Source: Syntrophales bacterium | GTDB lineage: Bacteria > Desulfobacterota > Syntrophia > Syntrophales > PHBD01 | Length of the DNA: 64,000 bases | NCBI GenBank assembly: GCA_963668175.1 | Contig: OY764159.1 | Span: 672,001-736,000 of the forward strand | Direction: 5' to 3' | Part shown: positions 50,274 to 59,389 of the stretch, in pieces | How positions within the stretch are numbered: the first letter of the stretch is position 1 | Layout: each line of letters begins with the position of its first letter | Notes under the pieces: model-generated | What the model saw: the letters and a program-made list of their open reading frames with translations, nothing else | What the model was told of the DNA's origin: nothing | Database searches by the model: none | Position numbers and translations under genes: made by a program

Positions 50274-51707
50274 TCATCTCTGTTGATCAGGCTCAAATTG
50301 CCGTCTGGCGGCGGCAAAAGACGGAAGGTGACGCAGCAAATGGAAAAGACTCCACCGGTGCTGCCATAACCGTCCGGCAAAGCGTTTGCGCCACGCCCGA
50401 TCCGAATAGAACCTCTTGACGTGCGTGTTGTAGAGAAAATCCAGTTTCTCCTTCGATTCTATCCCGCGGGGTATGAAGACAAAATTGAGGCAATTCATCA
50501 ACCGCCAGTCCTCGTGAAAAAGGCCCTCTTCATGCAGGGCTGTCCAGATGGGCGCTCCCGGAAAGGGCGTAAACTTCGACATGTTCATGTCGTCGAGCCC
50601 AAGCGACAGGGTAAAGTCGCTCGTCTTCCGGATCGACTCTTCCGTTTCGCCGGGGAGGCCCATCATGAAGAGTCCCTTGGCCCGGAGCCCGGAAGCCTTG
50701 ATCCTTGCGACGGTGTCCTCGACCTCGGCCGTCGTGACGCCCGCCTTATGGCGTTCAAGCATGGCGGGATCGGCCGATTCGATACCGATGGATACCATGA
50801 GGCAGCCGGCTTCTTTGAGCATCTTCAGCAATGCGTCATCGGCATGCCCCACCCGGACCGCACAGTTGAACTGAACGCCCAGCGGCCTTGCCGTCAGCAG
50901 GCGGCACAATTCGGCGATCCGCGGCCTGTTTAACGTGAAGAGATCGTCATAGATATTGATATGCCGGACTCCGAACCCGGTTCGGAGATGACGCATATGT
51001 TCATAGATATAACCGGCGGAATTGAAACGATGGGAGCGTTTGAAGACGGAGCGGTCGCAATACGAGCATTGATAAGGGCAGCCGCGGCTGGTCGTCATGG
51101 TAGCCCCGGGAAAATGGATGAAACTGAAAAGGGGGAGGTTGTATCCTCCGGGAAACCCTTTCAGGGAGGCATAATCGGGGAAAGGAAGCCGATCCATGTC
51201 CGGCAGCGGCTGTCGGGGTGGGTTCGTGACGATTTCGTCGCCGCGTCGCCAGATCAGACCGTCGATGTCGGCTTCTTCCCGGCCGGACGCCAGTTCGGAG
51301 AGAGTCGCTTCTCCTTCTCCGAGGCAGAGATAGTCGATTTTTTCGTACTTTTCGAGCAGCGATGCGCCCAATGCGGAGACGTGCACGCCGCCGAAGACGA
51401 CCTTGATTTCGGGACGGGCCTTCTTAATCATCGACGCCATGTCGCAACCGTCGAGAAAACTTGAAGTCGTCGTGGAGAATCCGATCATATCCGGTCTAAC
51501 GCGGAGAGCGGCCTTCACATTGGCCTCGATACCCTCGGGGGCAAAAGGGCCCAGGCAGTCGTGGACAAACACCTCGTGGCCGCCCTGCTTAAGATAGGCG
51601 GCGATGGATAGCAGTCCGAGGGGGGCCATCCGATTTGCCGTTGCCGCTATGTCCTTCCTGCCGGGCATCCAGTTGTACCCGGCCGGATGAATGAGCATGA
51701 CCCGCAT
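50274..51707 (-). CDS. Cobalamin-binding radical SAM protein
   Basis: PLGLLSIAAYL, GGVHVS, GEGE, TSRGCPYQCSYC, GIES, FMMGLPGET. Confidence 0.9.
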   Translation of the reverse strand: MRVMLIHPAGYNWMPGRKDIAATANRMAPLGLLSIAAYLKQGGHEVFVHDCLGPFAPEGIEANVKAALRVRPDMIGFSTTTSSFLDGCDMASMIKKARPEIKVVFGGVHVSALGASLLEKYEKIDYLCLGEGEATLSELASGREEADIDGLIWRRGDEIVTNPPRQPLPDMDRLPFPDYASLKGFPGGYNLPLFSFIHFPGATMTTSRGCPYQCSYCDRSVFKRSHRFNSAGYIYEHMRHLRTGFGVRHINIYDDLFTLNRPRIAELCRLLTARPLGVQFNCAVRVGHADDALLKMLKEAGCLMVSIGIESADPAMLERHKAGVTTAEVEDTVARIKASGLRAKGLFMMGLPGETEESIRKTSDFTLSLGLDDMNMSKFTPFPGAPIWTALHEEGLFHEDWRLMNCLNFVFIPRGIESKEKLDFLYNTHVKRFYSDRAWRKRFAGRLWQHRWSLFHLLRHLPSFAAARRQFEPDQQR

Positions 51708-51829
51708 AGTCCGTTTGCGAGGCCTCCAAATTTATTTGCCAACTTTCGATTCATTAGCTATAGAATGACGTATAACATTTTCGATGCCATATCAATGGTT
51801 GTATTGATCCCCGGAGGCTAAGGGAATTC

Positions 51830-53182
51830 TTGAGAGTACTGCTGATATCGCCCAACATATTGACCGCACCCTATCCCGTCTACCCCATCGGGCTGGATTA
51901 CGTGGCCGGCGCCCTTGAGGGCCGTCATGATATAAGGATTCTCGATCTTAATCGGGAATCGGGTCCCGATGTGCTTCAACGTGCCATCGATGGTTTCAGA
52001 CCCGACATCATCGGTTTCTCCATCAGGAATGTGGATAACACCGACGCCTCCAATTCGCAGAGCTTCATCGCCGGTTATAAAAGCGTGGTCGATGGGATCC
52101 GGAAATACAGTAACGCCCCCCTGGTTCTGGGCGGCAGCGGATTCACGATCTTCCCGGAAGCGCTTATGAATGCGCTGAATGCCGATTACGGCATCCAGGG
52201 CGACGGCGAATCGATGGTATGTCTTGCGGATGCCCTGGAGAATCACGGCGACCCCACTGCAATTCCCGGTGTGATGGTAAAGGGCTTTCATGCCTCGCGT
52301 CCGCCCGATCTCCCGGATAGCACTTTCCGTCGGCGTTTCAATCGGGATGACGGTCATGTCGAATATTACCTCAAGCGCGGCGGCATGTTGAACATTCAGA
52401 CAAAGCGGGGCTGTCCTTTCCGTTGCGTCTATTGTACGTATCCTCACATAGACGGTGGCCGCCTGCGGTTGACCGATCCCGACGGCGTCGCCGAAACGGC
52501 GATCGCTCTTCAAAACGCCGGCGCCAAATACCTCTTCATCACCGATTCGACGTTCAACTGCAGTGTCTCCCACAGTCTTGCAGTTGCCAAGGCCTTCATC
52601 CGGGCCGGCCTTTCCATTCCATGGGGGGCCTTTTTTGCCCCTCTCGATGTGCCCCACGACTATTACCGGATCATGGCGGATGCCGGACTGGCCCATGTCG
52701 AATTCGGCACGGAGTCCCTGACCGACGCGGTTCTTGCCGCCTACGGCAAGCCGTTCCGGAAGGCGGACGTCTTCCGGGCCCATCGTATGGCCCTCGACGC
52801 CGGGGTCCATGTCGCCCACTATCTTATGCCCGGCGGGCCCGGGGAGGACGAAGCAACGCTTTCCGAAACCCTTTCTGTGGCCGACAAGCTGGAAAAGACC
52901 GTGCTCTTTTTCTTCTGCGGCGTTCGTATTTATCCCCATACCGCCCTGTATAACCTTGCCTTGCGGGAAGGCCAGATATCGCCCGGGCAGGATTTGCTGA
53001 CGCCCGTCTTTTATCAATCGGGCAAGCTGACAAGCGATGCGATCAAGGAAGAATTGACCGCACATGCGGATGGACGCTCCCATTGGCTGATCGGTTCCGG
53101 GGGGGATAAAACGGCGAAAGTGGTCTCCCGGCTGTATGCCCGCGGACACCATGGCCCCTTATGGGAGCTTCTGACGCCATGA
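51830..53182 (+). CDS. Cobalamin-binding radical SAM protein resembling the lipid-biosynthesis (ladderane-island-associated) family
   Basis: LLISPN...PYPVYPIGL, SIRNVDN, GGSGF, QTKRGCPFRCVYCTYP, FGTES, GGPGE, GVRIYPHT. Confidence 0.85.
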   Translation: MRVLLISPNILTAPYPVYPIGLDYVAGALEGRHDIRILDLNRESGPDVLQRAIDGFRPDIIGFSIRNVDNTDASNSQSFIAGYKSVVDGIRKYSNAPLVLGGSGFTIFPEALMNALNADYGIQGDGESMVCLADALENHGDPTAIPGVMVKGFHASRPPDLPDSTFRRRFNRDDGHVEYYLKRGGMLNIQTKRGCPFRCVYCTYPHIDGGRLRLTDPDGVAETAIALQNAGAKYLFITDSTFNCSVSHSLAVAKAFIRAGLSIPWGAFFAPLDVPHDYYRIMADAGLAHVEFGTESLTDAVLAAYGKPFRKADVFRAHRMALDAGVHVAHYLMPGGPGEDEATLSETLSVADKLEKTVLFFFCGVRIYPHTALYNLALREGQISPGQDLLTPVFYQSGKLTSDAIKEELTAHADGRSHWLIGSGGDKTAKVVSRLYARGHHGPLWELLTP

Positions 53183-54654
53183 CGAAGACCGGAGCGACCA
53201 TCTGTCCCATCTCTCCCGGCGACCTGACCGGACTGGCGGCGATTAAATTGTCCATCATCCTGGCTTTTTTTCAACCCACCCTTTCCGCCGTTCCTCTCGT
53301 CGCTTACCTCTTCGCATGCGCCGCTTTGTCCCTGATTCCGACGTCGCGTTTTTTCCTTCCGGTGATCAGCCGTGGACGGACCGGAAAAGGGATCGTCGCC
53401 CTCACCTTCGACGATGGGCCCGATCCGGCCACGACGGAGAAATTGCTTGGCCTCTTGTCCCGTCATAACGTGAAGGCGACTTTTTTCGTGCCGGGCCGGC
53501 GGGCGTCGCAGCATCCCGAACTGGTCAGGAAAATACTCTCCGAAGGACACGACATCGGTAACCATTCCTGCAGCCACGATCCCTTCCTGATGCTGCGGAG
53601 CAAAGCGGTCATCGAACGTGAAATCGCATCCGGGCAGGAGATATTGACCGCCTTTGGGGTTGTGCCCCTGGCGTTCAGGCCTCCCGTCGGCACCACGAAT
53701 CCCAGGCTTTGGCGGATACTGCTCGGTCAGGGACTCATTTGCGTCACTTTCAACCGCAGGGCGGGGGATTTCGGCAACCGGCGAACGAAGGATCTCGCCG
53801 GCAGAATATTGCGCAAGGTCCGACCGGACGACATCGTCATGCTGCATGATGTCATGCCCGGACGAGGCATGGATGTGGATCTTTGGCTTCAGGAGATAGA
53901 GAAGATACTTTCAGGCTTGAAGAGTAAAGGCCTTAAGGTTGCACGACTGGCGGAAGTCATCGGGCAGCCGGTCATGGTTCCGGCCGACGCCGGCGCGGCG
54001 GTGAACCCCGTGGCGACCTTTTACGATAACCTGGCGGACGACTACGATCACGAACAGTTCGCTTCCGGAGTTTCCCTTGCCAAGAAAAAAGAGTCGGAAG
54101 CCGTATTGTCCCGGTTGCCGGGACTGGTTTCCGCGACAGACAGGGTGCTTGAAATCGGTGCCGGCACGGGTATTTTCAGCATGCCGATCGCCGGACTGTG
54201 CCGGGAGTTGGTTGCCGTCGACATATCCGGGAGGATGCTCTCGGTGCTTGAACGAAAAGCGGCCGCGGGGCATATAAACAATATCCGGTGTATTGCCGGA
54301 AATATCACGACCATGAATATCCCCGGCACCTTCGATGCAGTCTGTGCTTTTTCCTCCCTGGAATATGTTCCCAATATGACGGGGCTTTTAAAAAGATTGA
54401 CGCCGCACTTAAAACCCGGCGGCCGTTTATATTTTACGACAGCTCATTGTTCGTTCTTTCGTTTCTTTACCCAGGTTGGAAATGCCATGAGACAGGGGGT
54501 ATGGCTCCATGCCCGGACCAGAAGCGAGGTTATACGGATGCTTGCAGCTGCCGGTATGAGACCGGTGAGGATCGAAACCCATCTTATGAAGATCTTTCCC
54601 GGGGGTGGCATGATTCTTGAAATTGAAGCAATCAAAGAAGGGGCAACCCCATAG
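53179..54654 (+). CDS. Membrane-anchored polysaccharide deacetylase fused to a class I SAM methyltransferase
   Basis: N-terminal TM, LTFDDGP, GNHSCSH, FRPPVG, MLHD; then VLEIGAGTG, VDIS, LKPGG. Confidence 0.85.
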   Translation: MTKTGATICPISPGDLTGLAAIKLSIILAFFQPTLSAVPLVAYLFACAALSLIPTSRFFLPVISRGRTGKGIVALTFDDGPDPATTEKLLGLLSRHNVKATFFVPGRRASQHPELVRKILSEGHDIGNHSCSHDPFLMLRSKAVIEREIASGQEILTAFGVVPLAFRPPVGTTNPRLWRILLGQGLICVTFNRRAGDFGNRRTKDLAGRILRKVRPDDIVMLHDVMPGRGMDVDLWLQEIEKILSGLKSKGLKVARLAEVIGQPVMVPADAGAAVNPVATFYDNLADDYDHEQFASGVSLAKKKESEAVLSRLPGLVSATDRVLEIGAGTGIFSMPIAGLCRELVAVDISGRMLSVLERKAAAGHINNIRCIAGNITTMNIPGTFDAVCAFSSLEYVPNMTGLLKRLTPHLKPGGRLYFTTAHCSFFRFFTQVGNAMRQGVWLHARTRSEVIRMLAAAGMRPVRIETHLMKIFPGGGMILEIEAIKEGATP

Positions 54655-54682
54655 AAACGAAAGTATAAGGTTTTATTTTCGC

Positions 54683-56206
54683 GTGACCAGGAAACATATC
54701 TATCTCATCAATCCCAAGAGCCCGGACAATTTCTGGGCCATGAAAGGCGCACTCGATATCATCGATAAGCATAAGACCCTTATGCCGAATGCCGCGCTCC
54801 TGACCTTGATCGCCCTGACCCCGGACGATCTCGATATTCAATATACATACTGCGATGAGAATGTCGGAACGATCGATTGGAATCTCCCCTGCGATCTTGT
54901 CGGCATTACAGGCTATACCATCCAGTGGGAGCGCATGCAGGAGATTATCTCCCGCTTCAGGGCGCGCGGCATCCCCGTGGCGTGCGGCGGTGTCTATGCG
55001 ACCCTCGATGCCGACAGGGTCGGGGCCGTAGTGGATTATCTCTTTGTCGGGGAGGCGGAGTATACATGGCCCAGGTTTCTCAGGGAATGGTGCAATGGCG
55101 GCGCCGGCCGGGTTTACAGGCAGGAATCGTTCGTCAATATCGAGGATACGCCTGCTCCGGACTTTTCTTATATAAAACCGGAAGATTACCATTACTATTC
55201 CGTCCAGACGAGCCGGGGTTGCCCCAACAACTGCCAGTTCTGCGACGTTGTTCTGTTTGCCGGCCGGAAGTACCGCTGCAAAACGATCGGGCAGATCTTG
55301 CGGGAAGTGCAACAGGCATCGGATTGCGGGGCGGAGACGGTCTTCTTTTCCGATGACAACTTTCTGGTGGATAAGGCGTTCACCGTCGGACTTCTGAAAG
55401 AACTTATCGCCTGGAACAGACAACAGGACCGTCCCTTGTCCTTCAGCACCCAGGCGACGGTGATGGTAGGAGACGACGAAGAAATCCTGCGCCTGCTGGC
55501 CGATGCGCGCTTCAGCGTTATTTTCCTCGGGCTGGAGTCCATCAGTAAGGAATGCCTTCAGGAAGTGAATAAAGGACAACTGGCCCGTTTCGACCCCTAC
55601 GAGGTCATCCCCCGTATATCGAGTTACGGAATCGTTCCATTCCTGGGAATGATCGTCGGGTTCGATCACGATACACCCGCCGTATTCCGGGAGATAGACG
55701 AATTCCTTAACGAAACGGGGAGCCCGATCGCGTCGATCAGCGTCCTTAACGCACCGAAAAACACACCTCTGTATGCGAAAATGAAGAGGGAAGGCCGTAT
55801 CATCGAGGATTTCAACGGGCTATGGCACCAGACCTCCAATATCGTGCCCAAGCAGATGAGCCTGGACGAGCTTCATCGCGGGCATAAAGAACTTTTTAAG
55901 AAGATTTATGAACCTCGACACTTCGAATACCGCATGATCCGCTGGCTTGAAAATGTGAAATACTTCACCGATTTGTATTCCACGCGGAAAAAAAATCTGT
56001 TTCGGGTGTTGACGATTGTGAAGATATTCCGCCATTTCAACTTTCGCGTATCCCCGCAGGAGCGGCGAATGTTCTGGCGGGTTCTCGTCGCCGCCTGGAG
56101 GATCGATCCGCGCCTTATTTCACGAACCGTCTCCATGATGGTTCAATATTGGCATTATCGCGATTTTTCGCAGAAGGAGGCATGGCAGCAAGGGGAAATC
56201 GGCTGA
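54683..56206 (+). CDS. Cobalamin-binding radical SAM protein (DUF4070-like C-terminus)
   Basis: DENV, GGVYAT, GEAE, QTSRGCPNNCQFC, DDNF, GLES, IVGFDHD; GTG start chosen (ORF track extends to 54617). Confidence 0.85.
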   Translation: MTRKHIYLINPKSPDNFWAMKGALDIIDKHKTLMPNAALLTLIALTPDDLDIQYTYCDENVGTIDWNLPCDLVGITGYTIQWERMQEIISRFRARGIPVACGGVYATLDADRVGAVVDYLFVGEAEYTWPRFLREWCNGGAGRVYRQESFVNIEDTPAPDFSYIKPEDYHYYSVQTSRGCPNNCQFCDVVLFAGRKYRCKTIGQILREVQQASDCGAETVFFSDDNFLVDKAFTVGLLKELIAWNRQQDRPLSFSTQATVMVGDDEEILRLLADARFSVIFLGLESISKECLQEVNKGQLARFDPYEVIPRISSYGIVPFLGMIVGFDHDTPAVFREIDEFLNETGSPIASISVLNAPKNTPLYAKMKREGRIIEDFNGLWHQTSNIVPKQMSLDELHRGHKELFKKIYEPRHFEYRMIRWLENVKYFTDLYSTRKKNLFRVLTIVKIFRHFNFRVSPQERRMFWRVLVAAWRIDPRLISRTVSMMVQYWHYRDFSQKEAWQQGEIG

Positions 56207-56243
56207 AATGACGGTTAAAGATATCGGTATTTCACATGAATTA

Positions 56244-56288
56244 AAGATGAAAGTTCATCTTGACAGTACAATGACCCCTTGATATGTG
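56244..56288 (+). promoter_or_regulatory. Sigma70-like promoter with overlapping palindromic operator
   Basis: AAGATGAA-AG-TTCATCTT palindrome overlapping TTGACA (56260-56265), then N17 and TATGTG. Confidence 0.45.
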
Positions 56289-56325
56289 AAGACTTTATGT
56301 CTTATAATGTATTTATCGGATTATC

Positions 56326-56700
56326 ATGACGGAAGACAAATGGCATTCCCTTGAATGCAAGGCTGGGAACAGTGCCGACGGCGTTGTTGCAGACGCCCTT
56401 GTCGAACCAGGTTCTCCGTGGTTCTCCGGTCACTTCCCGGGCTGGCCCATTCTTCCGGGCGTCGCCATGTTGTCCATGGTCGGCGAGGCCGTCCGGCATG
56501 ACGAGCGGAAGCGCGGCGTGAAGGTGAGAATAAACGGCGTCAAGAGGGTGCGGTTCCGGCAGCCGATCCGTCCCGACGATCCGATATCGATATCCCTCTC
56601 CCGCACGGAGGGGGAAAGAGAGAATTCGTATAACTTCAAAATCGTCGTTCGGCAGGACATTGCCTGTTCGGGGGTTATGACGGCAAAAAGGATTGATTAA
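56326..56700 (+). CDS. Hotdog-fold 3-hydroxyacyl-ACP dehydratase (FabZ/ApeI-like)
   Basis: WFSGHFPGWPILPGV, VRFRQPIRP. Confidence 0.85.
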   Translation: MTEDKWHSLECKAGNSADGVVADALVEPGSPWFSGHFPGWPILPGVAMLSMVGEAVRHDERKRGVKVRINGVKRVRFRQPIRPDDPISISLSRTEGERENSYNFKIVVRQDIACSGVMTAKRID

Positions 56701-56779
56701 GCCGAACGACGGATAATTCATAGAAGGCATATGGAATAGTGCACCATACCCTATGTGATTTCAGGAGGAAATGAGTTAA

Positions 56780-57058
56780 ATGCCTGCAAATGGTGATAAA
56801 CAATCGATCATAACGCGCGTTGCCGACATCATTATTTCGGAACTCAAGCTGGAAGATGTGACCGCGGCAACCTTTGACCCCGATCTTGATCTGGTGGATG
56901 AACTAGGCATCGACAGCATGGATTTGGCGACGGTAGCCCTGATCCTTCAGGACGAATACGGTATTGTCATCGACGAGGACGACTATCCGAAGCTTGTGAA
57001 TGTCCGTCTTATCGCCGAGTATATTATGGAAAAGTTATCCAGCTCCGATAAACAGTAA
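56780..57058 (+). CDS. Acyl carrier protein 2
   Basis: LGIDSMDL site; very acidic; AGGAGG RBS. Confidence 0.92.
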   Translation: MPANGDKQSIITRVADIIISELKLEDVTAATFDPDLDLVDELGIDSMDLATVALILQDEYGIVIDEDDYPKLVNVRLIAEYIMEKLSSSDKQ

Positions 57059-57072
57059 ATGGTTGTCCGCTG

Positions 57073-58161
57073 ATGCGATTGGTTCCGAAACCCATAGGTA
57101 AACACACCGACAGGACCGCCGGTCAAAAATGGCGGTTTGCGGACCTGCTCGGCGAAGAGGCTGTCCGCCTCCGCTGGGAAAAAGTCAGGCAATATTTTTT
57201 CCTCAGGGAGTCGACCTATGACATGACCAATCGCTGCAACATCCGTTGCGAGGGATGCTATTACTACGAAGGTGAAAAGCAGTTTGCCGAAGAGAATGCC
57301 GATCCCGCCGCCTGGCGCAAACTGATGCGCGAAGAAAAGGAGCGCGGGATCACCTATGTTGTCCTTGCCGGGGCGGAACCCTCCCTGGTTCCAGAGTTGT
57401 TGGCGGTATGCTTCGAGGAGATGCCGCTCGGCTCCATCGCTTCGAACGGCTTCCGCCGTATTCCCGAAACCGTCGGATATAGAATCCACGTGTCCGTCTG
57501 GGGCAACGATAAGACCAGCCGGCGCATACGCGGGGCCAAGGGACTTCTCGCCAAGCAGATTGAAAATTATCAGGCCGATCCGAGGGCCGTGTTCGTTTAT
57601 ACTTTCACGCGGGATAACATCGATGAAGTCTACGAAGTGATGGAATCCATCGTTGCCCACGGCTGTAAAATAACATTCAACATGTTTTCTTCGCCGGTGG
57701 GTTACACGGGACCGCTTCGTCACGATAAATCGTCGCTGGCGCGCACGCGTCGGGTCATGCTCGACCTCTTGTCCCGGTACCCGCGGGAGGTGTTGTTCTC
57801 ACCCTACAATGTCATGGCTCATACCCATGCTTACGGACTCCATGCCCTTTATGAATGTCCGTACCCGAGGATGAATCCTTCAACGGCGATCGGTCTCGGC
57901 CGCTCTTTCCGACAGTACCGCACCGATCTATCCTGGGACAGAAATGTGGCCTGCTGTGTCCCCGATACGGATTGCGAAGATTGCCGGCACTACGCCTCCG
58001 GAAGTGCCGTCGTTACAGCGCGTCTTTTCCGGCATGCGACCGACCCCGATAAATTCAAGGCGTGGCTCGATTACGTCGATACCTATTTGGCGGTCTGGCT
58101 CATGGGATACGAAAAGGGTGAAAACCTGTGCCGGGACATCGTGGAGCCCCCGGGGGCTTGA
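57073..58161 (+). CDS. Radical SAM protein (no B12 domain) with C-terminal Cys cluster, paralog A
   Basis: YDMTNRCNIRCEGCYYY, GAEP, SNG, VSVWG; ECP...CC....CEDC. Confidence 0.85.
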   Translation: MRLVPKPIGKHTDRTAGQKWRFADLLGEEAVRLRWEKVRQYFFLRESTYDMTNRCNIRCEGCYYYEGEKQFAEENADPAAWRKLMREEKERGITYVVLAGAEPSLVPELLAVCFEEMPLGSIASNGFRRIPETVGYRIHVSVWGNDKTSRRIRGAKGLLAKQIENYQADPRAVFVYTFTRDNIDEVYEVMESIVAHGCKITFNMFSSPVGYTGPLRHDKSSLARTRRVMLDLLSRYPREVLFSPYNVMAHTHAYGLHALYECPYPRMNPSTAIGLGRSFRQYRTDLSWDRNVACCVPDTDCEDCRHYASGSAVVTARLFRHATDPDKFKAWLDYVDTYLAVWLMGYEKGENLCRDIVEPPGA

Positions 58162-58259
58162 ATGCAGAGGGATACATCGACGACGTGTGTTTTCCGGGAA
58201 TCCGGCCGCGATCGTTTGACGAGTAAAATGCAGCAAAGGAAGAGATACGATATTATATA

Positions 58260-59258
58260 ATGAATACCGTCAGTTCGTTGCTCGACCAGGCATGGTACGA
58301 GCGCTACAAGAGAATTTCACGCCTGAATATCCGCAGTTCGATATACGATGTCACCAATCAATGCAACCTGCGTTGCAAGGGATGTTTCTTTTTTTCGTCG
58401 GATGAGCACAAAGCGGCGCCGGAAGAAACCGACCTATCCAAGTGGGAGGCCTTCGTCGACGGAGAAAAAAACCGGGGCGTCAATCTGGCCATTCTCATCG
58501 GTGGTGAGCCGACCCTTCACCTGGACCGGGTAGAGATCTTCTATAAGAGACTTCCCTCGTATTGCGCGACCAACGGTTTGATCAAGGTTCCCAGGGACCG
58601 TTTCCCGGACATGATGGTCGGTATTTCGCTATGGGGGGATGAAACCGACGAAAAGACGCTGCGGGGCAAGGATACCTTTGCCGTTTCCAGCAAGAATTAC
58701 GAGAACGACCCGTATACCTACTATCTGTATACCATTACACCGAAGCAATTGGGACGGACGGAACGTGTTATCAAGAGGATTGCCGATGCGGGCCTGAAGG
58801 TCCATATGCAGCTTTTGTCCAACGACGAAAAGGTCGACGGGTTTTTCTGGTCGCCGCAGGAACTGCAGGAGATCCGTGCGGAAATGGACGAGATGCTGGA
58901 CAAATATCCCCGGACGGTCGTGTCGTGCAAGTATTACCATGAGATCATCTGTTCCGGGAGGATGTTCGGCCGCCCCTTCGGATGGGGGGAATGCCCCTCC
59001 GTGACGGAAACGGTCGACCACAGAGACCCCAAACCCAAGCGGCTTATCCATTTCATCCGCTGGGCCTCGGACCTGAACACTATGCATCGCTGCTGCACGT
59101 CGGCCACCCGCGATTGCGGAACGTGCAAGGACGGTGCGGCCCATATGAGCTGGGTCATGGTGAATAAGCGGGAACATCTGCGGTCGACGAAAGACCTTCA
59201 GAACTGGATAGAAGTATATGAGATGTTCGCGAAACTTTACAGTTTCATCCCCTGGTAG
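58260..59258 (+). CDS. Radical SAM protein (no B12 domain) with C-terminal Cys cluster, paralog B
   Basis: YDVTNQCNLRCKGCFFF, GGEP, TNG, ISLWG; ECP...CC.....CGTC. Confidence 0.85.
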   Translation: MNTVSSLLDQAWYERYKRISRLNIRSSIYDVTNQCNLRCKGCFFFSSDEHKAAPEETDLSKWEAFVDGEKNRGVNLAILIGGEPTLHLDRVEIFYKRLPSYCATNGLIKVPRDRFPDMMVGISLWGDETDEKTLRGKDTFAVSSKNYENDPYTYYLYTITPKQLGRTERVIKRIADAGLKVHMQLLSNDEKVDGFFWSPQELQEIRAEMDEMLDKYPRTVVSCKYYHEIICSGRMFGRPFGWGECPSVTETVDHRDPKPKRLIHFIRWASDLNTMHRCCTSATRDCGTCKDGAAHMSWVMVNKREHLRSTKDLQNWIEVYEMFAKLYSFIPW

Positions 59259-59389
59259 TTTGTCGAGCCTTCATGTATCCTATTCCCAAGCAAGATATCT
59301 AAATCTCCGATCTTTTAGGTGAAAGGCGCTCCTGTTTTAGGGGTATTCGATTCGGGACAATATCATTAGAGAGGGATCAGAAGACAGGT

